From Muribaculaceae bacterium (GTDB taxonomy: Bacteria; Bacteroidota; Bacteroidia; Bacteroidales; G3-4614), in assembly GCA_017546805.1 (NCBI GenBank), contig JAFYRT010000075.1:20104-84103 (forward strand): 64,000 nt of DNA, read 5' to 3'. The notes beneath the pieces are model-generated. The model worked only from the letters and a program-made list of their open reading frames with translations, was not told the origin of the DNA and did not search any database. Both the position numbers and the translations under genes were made by a program. Below are positions 43,295-51,639 of this stretch, piece by piece (within the stretch, counting starts at the first letter, position 1; each line of letters begins with the position of its first letter).

Positions 43295-44185
43295 ATGGCA
43301 GATAGAATTTTAAAAGTAGGATTGGTGCAACAATCGATAGTTGCCGACAAAGAGACAAATCGTATGCGACTTGCTGAGAACATAAGAAAATGTGCAGCAG
43401 AAGGCGCACAGTTGGTAGTATTACAAGAGTTGCACGACACACTATATTTTTGCCAAGTTGAGAACACCGAAAACTTCTCATTGGCAGAACCATTCCCAGG
43501 AGAAGCAATCCCATTTTATAGCGAGATAGCAAAAGAGTGCGGAATTGTTTTGGTAACATCGTTGTTCGAAAAACGAGCTGCTGGGTTGTATCACAATACA
43601 GCAGTAGTGTTTGAGAAAGACGGTTCAATTGCTGGTAAATATCGCAAAATGCATATACCAGATGATCCTGCATACTACGAAAAATTCTATTTCACACCGG
43701 GCGACATAGGCTTTAACCCCATTGAAACATCAGTAGGCAAACTTGGCTTGATGGTATGTTGGGACCAATGGTATCCAGAGGGAGCAAGATTAATGGCTCT
43801 TGCAGGAGCAGAACTGTTGATATACCCAACAGCAATAGGATGGGAGAGTACCGATACCGATGAGGAGAAAGCACGTCAACGCGAAGCTTGGATAACAGTT
43901 CAACGCGGACACGCAGTTGCTAACGGACTACCCGTGATAGCAGTAAACCGAGTTGGCTATGAAGAAGATCCATCGGGCGTAACAAACGGAATAACATTCT
44001 GGGGAAGTAGCTTTGTTGCAGGACCTCAAGGCGAGTTCTTATACCAAGCATCATCAACCGAGGAGGAAAACAAAATTGTAGAAATAGATATGCAACGAAC
44101 AGAAAATGTTCGTCGCTGGTGGCCATTCTTACGCGATCGTCGCATAGATGAATATGGCGATATATTAAAACGATTCAGAGATTAA
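43295..44185 (+). CDS. aguB: carbon-nitrogen hydrolase, N-carbamoylputrescine amidase-like
   Basis: 296-aa ORF with the nitrilase-superfamily catalytic context (QELH..., YRKMHIPDDP, MVCWDQWYPE containing the Cys). Confidence 0.8.
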   Translation: MADRILKVGLVQQSIVADKETNRMRLAENIRKCAAEGAQLVVLQELHDTLYFCQVENTENFSLAEPFPGEAIPFYSEIAKECGIVLVTSLFEKRAAGLYHNTAVVFEKDGSIAGKYRKMHIPDDPAYYEKFYFTPGDIGFNPIETSVGKLGLMVCWDQWYPEGARLMALAGAELLIYPTAIGWESTDTDEEKARQREAWITVQRGHAVANGLPVIAVNRVGYEEDPSGVTNGITFWGSSFVAGPQGEFLYQASSTEEENKIVEIDMQRTENVRRWWPFLRDRRIDEYGDILKRFRD

Positions 44186-44187
44186 CA

Positions 44188-45375
44188 ATGATAAAAGAGA
44201 TAACCCATAATCTATACTATGTAGGAGTAAATGACAACTCCAAAGTATTGTTCGAACGCCTATGGCCTCTACCATACGGAGTATCGTATAATGCATATTT
44301 AATTAAAGATAAACACAACGTATTGATAGATACCGTAGAGTATCCGTTCAATAAAAACTTTTTTGACAATATAAAAGAGGTAATAGCCGATGAAAATATC
44401 GACTATGTGGTAGTAAACCACATGGAACCCGACCACTCTTCATCATTACTTCAGCTAATAGAAAAATACCCCGATATAAAAATAATCGGAAATAAGAAAA
44501 CCATTGATATGTTAAATGGTTTCTATGGAATAACCACAAACATATTAGAGGTAAAAGATGGAGAAACATTGCAGATAGGAGAGCGAACACTATCGTTTCA
44601 TCTAACCCCAATGGTGCATTGGCCCGAAACAATGATGACATACGTTAACGAAGAGGGCATACTCTTCTCAGGCGATGCCTTTGGAGCATTTGGCTCATTA
44701 AAAAACGGGATAATGGACGTGGATGCCAATATAGAATTGGTAACAGACGAAATGTATCGTTATTACTCAAACATAGTTGGCAAATACGGAGGACCCGTAG
44801 AAAAAGCAATAGAAAAACTATCATCATTACCCATAAACTACATCTGTTCAACACATGGTCCTATATGGCACGAAAAAATAAGCTACGTAGTTGAACATTA
44901 CCTAAAAATGGCACGTTACCAAAGCGAGGAAGGTGTAGTAATAGCCTATGGCAGTATGTATGGACATACGGCAGACGTAGCAAAAAACATCTACGATGCT
45001 CTGAACGATGCAGGAGTAAAAAATGTAGTAATGCACGACCTCTCAGACGTAGACGCATCGTTCGTGTTGCGCGATGTATTCAAATACAATACGTTGATAT
45101 TAGGCTCACCAACATACAATTCAGAGATATTCCCCAAAGTAGCCGACCTAACAGTAAAATTAGAAGGCAGAATGATAAAGAACAAAACATTCTCATGCTT
45201 TGGCTCATACTCATGGGCAGGACAAGCCGTAAAACGCCTCAACGCCTTTGCCGAGCGTATGGAATGGAACATTGTAGAGCCTCAAATTGAAATAAAACAA
45301 GCAGGTTTGAATGTAAACATAAAAGCATTAAGCCAACAACTTGCCGAGAATATTATTAAAGCAATCAGAAATTAG
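44188..45375 (+). CDS. fprA: FprA-family A-type flavoprotein (flavodiiron protein)
   Basis: 395-aa ORF with a metallo-beta-lactamase-like N-domain (HMEPDHS) and a C-terminal flavodoxin-like domain (VVIAYGSMYGHT). Confidence 0.85.
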   Translation: MIKEITHNLYYVGVNDNSKVLFERLWPLPYGVSYNAYLIKDKHNVLIDTVEYPFNKNFFDNIKEVIADENIDYVVVNHMEPDHSSSLLQLIEKYPDIKIIGNKKTIDMLNGFYGITTNILEVKDGETLQIGERTLSFHLTPMVHWPETMMTYVNEEGILFSGDAFGAFGSLKNGIMDVDANIELVTDEMYRYYSNIVGKYGGPVEKAIEKLSSLPINYICSTHGPIWHEKISYVVEHYLKMARYQSEEGVVIAYGSMYGHTADVAKNIYDALNDAGVKNVVMHDLSDVDASFVLRDVFKYNTLILGSPTYNSEIFPKVADLTVKLEGRMIKNKTFSCFGSYSWAGQAVKRLNAFAERMEWNIVEPQIEIKQAGLNVNIKALSQQLAENIIKAIRN

Positions 45376-45462
45376 CATCAATAGACAGAAGCTGTTTTGA
45401 AAAACGATAAAATGGCATATAAATTGTTATATTTATAAAAGGAGCAATAATATAAATAAGTT

Positions 45463-45678
45463 ATGTCAGAAAAAGAGATGAATTCATACCGATTTGGCAC
45501 AGGACAAGAACCAACAGACGAAATGTTAAGCCAAATAATGAAAGAAGTTGCTCAAGAAGCTGTAGAAAGCAGAAAAGAAGTTGAAGCATTTCTTTTAAAA
45601 CAAATGTGTTTGAATATTGTCAAAAAACAAGAACAATGGGCTGACCGCATAAATAGCATTATCAATGAAAGAAACTAA
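45463..45678 (+). CDS. small acidic protein, putative antitoxin partner of the zeta-like ATPase
   Basis: 71-aa ORF that overlaps the downstream ATPase gene by 14 nt (45665-45678). No family recognised. Confidence 0.5.
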   Translation: MSEKEMNSYRFGTGQEPTDEMLSQIMKEVAQEAVESRKEVEAFLLKQMCLNIVKKQEQWADRINSIINERN

Positions 45679-46273
45679 TATTAAACCTGAGTTGATAATT
45701 ATTGCCGGGCCTAATGGATCAGGCAAGACATCAGTAACAAAGAAATTCTTACATCACGAATGGGCAGAAGGAACCACATATATAAATCCTGACGAGGTTG
45801 CTAATGATATATTCGGCGATTGGAACTCTAAAGAAGCTGTATTAAAAGCAGCTGATTATTGTGCCAAGTTAAGAGAAGATTGCTTGAAAAACAAACAAAG
45901 TTTTGTATTTGAAACAGTAATGTCTGCAGATGATAAAGTAGATTTTATATTAAGAGCAAAGGAAAATGGCTTTTTTATTCGCCTATTCTTTATATCTACA
46001 GATACTCCTATTATAAACGCATCAAGAATAGCAAATCGAGTAATGAAAGGAGGGCATGACGTGCCTATTTCCAAAGTAATTTCAAGATATTATAAATCAA
46101 TAGAAAATTGCAAGACAATATCATCTGTTGTTGATAGACTATATATATACGACAACTCTATAGACGGAGAAGAAGCAAAACTACTGTTTCGCTTAACAAA
46201 CGGAACTCTTGCAAAAAAATATGTAGCAGATATTCCCGAATGGGCAAAGCCAATACTCCCCGATAAAAATTAA
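45665..46273 (+). CDS. zeta-toxin-like / COG4185-type P-loop kinase
   Basis: 202-aa ORF with Walker A IIAGPNGSGKTS near the N-terminus. Size and layout match the zeta_toxin/AAA_33-like kinase family. Confidence 0.65.
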   Translation: MKETNIKPELIIIAGPNGSGKTSVTKKFLHHEWAEGTTYINPDEVANDIFGDWNSKEAVLKAADYCAKLREDCLKNKQSFVFETVMSADDKVDFILRAKENGFFIRLFFISTDTPIINASRIANRVMKGGHDVPISKVISRYYKSIENCKTISSVVDRLYIYDNSIDGEEAKLLFRLTNGTLAKKYVADIPEWAKPILPDKN

Positions 46274-46296
46274 TAACATAATTAAATATTACAAAA

Positions 46297-46327
46297 CCGT
46301 TCTATCTTAAAGGTAGAGCGGTTTTTT
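46297..46327 (+). terminator. intrinsic terminator after the zeta-like gene
   Basis: 10-bp stem ccgttctatc (46297-46306) / ggtagagcgg (46312-46321) with two G-U pairs, followed by TTTTTT (46322-46327). Confidence 0.7.
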
Positions 46328-46374
46328 GTTGTATAAATAATTAGAATAATTTAGGAATATTCATTTAAAAGAAT

Positions 46375-46382
46375 TAATTTCG
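46375..46382 (+). promoter_or_regulatory. promoter-like -7 box variant TAATTTCG(CA)
   Basis: Same TAnnTTCGCA variant as the boxes upstream of dapA, the GH2 gene and purU. It sits at the 5' edge of the GC-rich ORF-free segment. Confidence 0.35.
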
Positions 46383-46385
46383 CAT

Positions 46386-46730
46386 TGTCCCATGCTGATA
46401 GTCCTATTCTTTAGGGATAGAGAGGGAGGGTGGGACATGACATATAAAAAGGCGTTTACTACGCTTTGGTTTTGACGGTTTAAGAACTTCGCAACTTCAA
46501 TTAACTGTTTGTCAAAAACAAAGCAACGTGAATGTCCCGAGGGTGTGTTATATACATACCTCTAATGCTGTATAGCCATAGGTGCATCCATACTTATGGA
46601 ACATTCAGCGTAGTGGTAGTGTTATACATATCAGCGTGGGCTTTGGCGTTGCTCGTTTCGACAAACAGGGGCAATGCGAAGGCCTTTAAACCGTGAAGCG
46701 AGCGACAGTGCAGGGCTTCACGCTTTTTTT
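46386..46730 (+). ncRNA. candidate structured ncRNA or cis-regulatory leader upstream of the defence operon (unknown class)
   Basis: No ORF of 60 aa or more on either strand. About 45% GC by hand count (156/350), against AT-rich flanking spacers. Has a promoter-like box at the 5' edge, several candidate helices and an intrinsic terminator (46692-46730) at the 3' end. Confidence 0.35.
46692..46730 (+). terminator. intrinsic terminator closing the GC-rich segment
   Basis: Perfect 8-bp stem cgtgaagc (46692-46699) / gcttcacg (46715-46722), a 15-nt loop, then C + TTTTTTT (46724-46730). Confidence 0.6.
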
Positions 46731-46818
46731 ATGTCTACAAATTAATATTCTAAAGAAAATAGGTTATATGAAGTCCGTAACCAATAAGAAGTCATACAAA
46801 AACTGACTCACAAGGTTA

Positions 46819-49800
46819 ATGGAATTAATAGACAATGTAAATAAAACACTTAAAGAAGATCTCATCGCAGAGATTAAATCTGGTAGTAAAATATCTATAG
46901 CGGCTTCGTGTTTTTCAATATTTGCATTCCAAGAATTGAAAGAGCAACTAAAAGATATTGAAGAACTCCGTTTTATTTTTACATCGCCAACTTTCGTAGC
47001 AGAGAAAGCAAGTAAACAAAAGAGAGAGTTTTATATTCCTCGACTTAATCGTGAACGCAACCTTTATGGTTCAGAATTTGAAGTAAAACTTCGTAACGAA
47101 CTTTCTCAACGAGCAATCGCAAAAGAGTGTGCCGAATGGATTAAAGAAAAGGTATGTTTTAAGTCTAATCGCACAAATGAAAATATGATGGGATTCATTA
47201 ATGTTGATAATACCAACTATATGCCTATCAATGGTTTTACTACAGTAGATATAGGATGCGAAAGAGGCAACAATGCTTATAGTTTTGTTCAAAAGACAGA
47301 AGCACCACTTTCTAAACATTTCCTTGACCTATTTGAACAACTTTGGAATGATAGTTCTCGTATGCAAGTTGTTACCGAAGAAATACTTGATAATATCACA
47401 AATGCATATAAAGAGAATGCACCTGATTTCCTTTACTTTATTACTCTATATAACATCTTCAATGAATTTCTCGAAGATATATCAGAAGATGTATTACCAA
47501 ACGAAGCTACAGGGTTCAAGAATAGTATCATTTGGAGCAAACTTTACAACTTTCAAAAAGATGCTTGCCTTGCAATAATAAATAAACTTGAGAAATATAA
47601 TGGATGTATTCTCGCAGATAGTGTAGGTTTGGGTAAGACATTTACCGCACTTTCTGTTATCAAATATTACGAAAATCGTAATAAAACAGTTCTTGTACTT
47701 TGCCCTAAAAAACTCAATGATAACTGGATTACATATAATAACAATTATATAAACAATCCTATAGTTGGAGATCGCTTACGATATGATGTATTTTTCCATA
47801 CCGATTTATCTCGTAGCGCAGGTTATTCTAACGGACGTGACTTATCGCACATAAATTGGAGCAATTACGACCTTGTAGTAATTGATGAAAGCCATAACTT
47901 CCGTAATGGAGGCAAAGTTACAACCGACGAAAACGATGAGAATCCTCGTGAAAATCGTTATTTGCAATTGATGAATAAGATTATTCGCAAAGGTGTAAAG
48001 ACAAAAGTACTTATGCTTTCAGCAACACCAGTGAATAATCGTTTTAACGACCTTAAAAATCAAATTGCACTCGCTTATGAGGGAGAAAGTGATAAAATAG
48101 ATAAATTACTCAATACAAAAAGTAGCATTGATGATATTTTTCGTCAAGCACAGCGAGAATATAATATTTGGTCAAAACTCCCTTCAGAAGAACGCACAAC
48201 CAAGCGTCTGCTTGAACGATTAAGTTTCGATTTCTTTGAGGTACTTGATAGCGTAACTATTGCTCGAAGCCGCAAGCATATTGAGCAATATTACGATACT
48301 ACTGACATTGGAAAATTTCCAACAAGATTATCTCCAATTTCACGCAGGCCACACCTTACAGACCTTGACAGTGCAATTAATTACAATGATATATACTTAT
48401 TGTTAGAAGGACTTAATCTTGCAATATATACTCCGTCTGACTTTATTTTACCAAGCAGACTTGATAAGTATATGAACATTACAAGTGAGGAAGATTACTC
48501 AAACCTCACAATGAAAGGTCGTGAGCGTGGTATTCGCAAATTAATGAGTATCAATCTACTCAAACGACTTGAAAGTTCGGTAAACTCTTTCCGTCTATCG
48601 CTTAATCGTATTCTCGGATTTATATCATCAACCGTTGCTAAAATCGACACTATAAGTCATGGCGGGGGTAGTGTATATGTTGATGAACACGATTTTGAGG
48701 GACTTGACCTTGAGGAACAAGAAGATATATTCATCGGAGGCAAAAAGAGTAAAATTGCTCTCGAAGATATGGATTATGTTGCTTGGAAACAATATCTTGA
48801 CAAGGATATAGAAACACTTAATTTGTTGCTTCTTATGCTTGCAGACATAACTCCTGAGCATGATAGCAAACTACAACAATTAATTGACGACTTAAAATAC
48901 AAATTTGCTAATCCTATAAATGAAAATAATAAGAAGGTAATTATATTTACAGCATTCTCAGACACTGCTGAATATCTTTACGAAAACCTTGCAGATAGTA
49001 TTAAAGAGAGATGCAATTTAAATACAGCAATAGTTACTGGTAGTTCTGATGCTAAAAGTACAATACGTCTTCGCAATCGTCAAAAGCTCGACTTTAATAC
49101 TCTGCTCACTCTTTTCTCCCCTATATCTAAAGAGAAAGCGGCTTTATTACCTGATATAAGTGAAGAAATAGATGTATTAATAGCAACTGATTGTATAAGT
49201 GAAGGTCAGAACTTGCAAGACTGCGACTTCCTTATCAATTATGATATCCATTGGAACCCAGTGCGTATTATTCAAAGATTTGGAAGGATTGACCGCATAG
49301 GTTCTCGCAACGAAGTTATACAACTCGTTAACTACTGGCCCGATATGGACTTGGACGAATACATTGACCTCAAAGGACGTGTTGAAGCTCGTATGAAAGT
49401 GTCTGTAATGACCAGTACGGGCGATGACAACCCCATTTCTCCTGAAGAAAAGGGCGATTTGGAGTATCGTCGTGAGCAACTTAAACGCTTGCAAAGCGAA
49501 GTTGTGGATATTGAGGAGATGAACACCGGCATCAGTATCATGGACTTGGGATTGAATGAGTTCCGTTTAGATTTGCTTGCCTATATGCAAGATAATCCGA
49601 ACATTGAATATACCCCATTCGGTTTGCATGCTGTAGTACCTGCTACAGAAGGTTGTCCTCCAGGAGTGGTGTATGTACTGAAGAATCGCAACAACAATGT
49701 AAATATCGATCGCAAGAACCGTTTACATCCATTCTATTTGGTCTATATCTCTGATGATAGCGAAGTTGTTGTCAATCACCTATCTCCAAAAGAGTTGCTC

Positions 49801-50058
49801 GACAGACTCCGTTACCTATGCAAAGGAAAGTCAAGCCCGAATAAGGAACTATGCAAGGAGTTCAACCGCATTACCCGAGACGGAAAGAACATGCAACACT
49901 ATTCCGAGCTGTTGGGTGATGCAATTGCGTCTATCATCGACGTAAAAGAGGAAAGCGACATTGATTCTTTCCTCGGCGGTGCCACTGGCTCACTCTTTAC
50001 AGAAGAGATTAAGGGACTTGACGATTTTGAATTGATATGTTTTTTGGTAATCAAGTAA
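46819..50058 (+). CDS. SNF2-family helicase/translocase with ~230-aa uncharacterised N-terminal domain
   Basis: 1079-aa ORF with motif I LADSVGLGKTF, motif II VVIDESHNFRN, motif III LMLSATPVNN, motif V/VI region TDCISEGQNLQ and RIIQRFGRIDRIGS. Confidence 0.85.
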   Translation: MELIDNVNKTLKEDLIAEIKSGSKISIAASCFSIFAFQELKEQLKDIEELRFIFTSPTFVAEKASKQKREFYIPRLNRERNLYGSEFEVKLRNELSQRAIAKECAEWIKEKVCFKSNRTNENMMGFINVDNTNYMPINGFTTVDIGCERGNNAYSFVQKTEAPLSKHFLDLFEQLWNDSSRMQVVTEEILDNITNAYKENAPDFLYFITLYNIFNEFLEDISEDVLPNEATGFKNSIIWSKLYNFQKDACLAIINKLEKYNGCILADSVGLGKTFTALSVIKYYENRNKTVLVLCPKKLNDNWITYNNNYINNPIVGDRLRYDVFFHTDLSRSAGYSNGRDLSHINWSNYDLVVIDESHNFRNGGKVTTDENDENPRENRYLQLMNKIIRKGVKTKVLMLSATPVNNRFNDLKNQIALAYEGESDKIDKLLNTKSSIDDIFRQAQREYNIWSKLPSEERTTKRLLERLSFDFFEVLDSVTIARSRKHIEQYYDTTDIGKFPTRLSPISRRPHLTDLDSAINYNDIYLLLEGLNLAIYTPSDFILPSRLDKYMNITSEEDYSNLTMKGRERGIRKLMSINLLKRLESSVNSFRLSLNRILGFISSTVAKIDTISHGGGSVYVDEHDFEGLDLEEQEDIFIGGKKSKIALEDMDYVAWKQYLDKDIETLNLLLLMLADITPEHDSKLQQLIDDLKYKFANPINENNKKVIIFTAFSDTAEYLYENLADSIKERCNLNTAIVTGSSDAKSTIRLRNRQKLDFNTLLTLFSPISKEKAALLPDISEEIDVLIATDCISEGQNLQDCDFLINYDIHWNPVRIIQRFGRIDRIGSRNEVIQLVNYWPDMDLDEYIDLKGRVEARMKVSVMTSTGDDNPISPEEKGDLEYRREQLKRLQSEVVDIEEMNTGISIMDLGLNEFRLDLLAYMQDNPNIEYTPFGLHAVVPATEGCPPGVVYVLKNRNNNVNIDRKNRLHPFYLVYISDDSEVVVNHLSPKELLDRLRYLCKGKSSPNKELCKEFNRITRDGKNMQHYSELLGDAIASIIDVKEESDIDSFLGGATGSLFTEEIKGLDDFELICFLVIK

Positions 50059-50060
50059 CT

Positions 50061-50660
50061 ATGTACGGCTTACCACAGACAACAGAAGTTCGAAAGCAGT
50101 TGCCCAAGAAAGCAATTTATGCAAAGTTTGAGTTGAAGTCCTCGCAACGTGAGAGTTTCGATGCAGACATTGCACGCATAGACATTGTGGCGGTTGTTTC
50201 AACCTCTACTGTACCAGCACTGAATGTCGGAACTGAGGTAAAGGAATTTTATCTGCTTGCCGTACAGCTGAAACGCAAGGGGTACGACAGTAAGAATATC
50301 GCACTGCTAACCAAACTTATTCCGCAACGGATGGTGTTTGCCCTTCAATTTGAGGAGCAGATACAGTTTGCCATCTATCACACAAAACTTATTTCATCGG
50401 CTTGGCAAACTACAGAAGAGGCCACGCTTCCATTGTCAGGATTAAACCTCGATGTTGTGTGGGAGAATATAATCGCCACGATTGGTAATATCACCATTGT
50501 TGGTGGTAATAACATTGTTGAGCAGATTGCAGAGGATGATACACACGCCAAACTGATGAAGCAGATAGAACAGTTGGAGAAGAAGGTTCGTGCCGAGAAG
50601 CAACCTCGCAAGAAGTTGGAACTATTTGAGAAATTGAAGGGGTTGAAGAAAAATTTGTAA
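50061..50660 (+). CDS. DUF4391-like protein
   Basis: The ORF track gives 50037..50660. I prefer the ATG at 50061 (MYGLPQTTEVRKQLPKKAIYAKF...), 2 nt after the SNF2 stop. The N-terminal pattern matches my memory of DUF4391, which typically follows SNF2 helicase genes. Confidence 0.6.
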   Translation: MYGLPQTTEVRKQLPKKAIYAKFELKSSQRESFDADIARIDIVAVVSTSTVPALNVGTEVKEFYLLAVQLKRKGYDSKNIALLTKLIPQRMVFALQFEEQIQFAIYHTKLISSAWQTTEEATLPLSGLNLDVVWENIIATIGNITIVGGNNIVEQIAEDDTHAKLMKQIEQLEKKVRAEKQPRKKLELFEKLKGLKKNL

Positions 50661-50664
50661 TAAT

Positions 50665-51624
50665 ATGTCCAACATAAGCAATACTTTAATTGAAAGAGAA
50701 GGTGTAGCGGCTGTTCAACAGTGTTTAACACGAATGGGGTGGATTTTTAGAGAGAATTCTCACACTGATTATGGAATAGACGGAGATGTAGAGCAAGTAA
50801 TGGATGATAAACCCACCAATTTACATATTGCTCTTCAAATAAAATCAGGACCTTCATACTTAAAAGAAAATAAGGATGGGAATATTACATTTTATATTGA
50901 TGAGTGGCATTACAAATATTGGTTGCAATCAGACAGACCTGTTCTTATTTTATTTTATGACAATGTAAATGATAGGGTTATTTGGGAACAAGTCAAACTC
51001 CGTAATATACAAACTACCAACTCACAATATAAGATTGTAATAAATCCTACAAAGATTTTGAATAAAGATTGTTTGCTAGAACTTAATGACATTATAGCGA
51101 CACACCAACCTCAGCACTTTTACGAATTGACAGACGAGTATAACGATTTCGAGTTTTCTCATTATTGTTACCAAGAACTAAATAGGTCTATTGGTGAATC
51201 GTGTAATGATGTGCTACACTTTAGGGAGGGCATTAAACACCAAGGCGTATCTCTCAATTCGGCTATTATAAAATCGCTAATAAATGATTTAGCAGACAGG
51301 ACACAAAGTCGCACGACAAGGGAATATGAATGGCTACACAAAGGATGTTGGTATTTGCAAACAATGGCGCAGCACATTGACCCATTTTTATTTACGATGC
51401 TGGTAGAGTGCGTTGATGAATATATCACTATAATCGACTACAATACTACCATTTGGCAAGGAATAGTTAATGATATATCAAAACTGTTCCACCCAAACGT
51501 TCCTAATGACATCCAACAATGTGCAGGAAGATGTATCACAATTATAGAAGATAGATTTGCCACATACGAATTAGTCAAAGGAGAGTATCAAAAGTGTATT
51601 AGAATAACAAAGGAACGAAAATAA
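50665..51624 (+). CDS. DUF4365 (PD-(D/E)xK nuclease-like) domain protein with unknown C-terminal domain
   Basis: 319-aa ORF. The N-terminal ~110 aa, EREGVAAVQQCL...TDYGIDGDVEQV...ALQIKSG, fits a D..(D/E)xK restriction-endonuclease-like core. The C-terminal ~200 aa carry no recognisable motif. Confidence 0.6.
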   Translation: MSNISNTLIEREGVAAVQQCLTRMGWIFRENSHTDYGIDGDVEQVMDDKPTNLHIALQIKSGPSYLKENKDGNITFYIDEWHYKYWLQSDRPVLILFYDNVNDRVIWEQVKLRNIQTTNSQYKIVINPTKILNKDCLLELNDIIATHQPQHFYELTDEYNDFEFSHYCYQELNRSIGESCNDVLHFREGIKHQGVSLNSAIIKSLINDLADRTQSRTTREYEWLHKGCWYLQTMAQHIDPFLFTMLVECVDEYITIIDYNTTIWQGIVNDISKLFHPNVPNDIQQCAGRCITIIEDRFATYELVKGEYQKCIRITKERK

Positions 51625-51639
51625 AACTAACCAAATAAT

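Noticed and set aside
46386-46730. Possible identity of the GC-rich element as tmRNA, RNase P RNA or a twister-like ribozyme
   Set aside because: The stretch gctcgtttcgacaaacaggggcaatgcgaa loosely recalls the tmRNA 5' region, but there is no tRNA-like T-arm/CCA end and no tag reading frame. There is no GAGGAAAGUCC-type RNase P core. GUCCCAUGC...GGGAGGG recalls twister core nucleotides, but the surrounding helices do not fit the twister fold. I therefore left the class unknown rather than assigning one.
46352-46752. Imperfect inverted repeat taggaatattcattt (46352-46366) versus aaattaatattcta (46739-46752) flanking the GC-rich element; possible Bacteroides-style inverton
   Set aside because: The match is short, AT-rich, contains an indel and a mismatch, and is built around the self-complementary AATATT, so a chance occurrence is likely. 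No invertase gene is in the window, and I found no outward-facing promoter box on the opposite strand.
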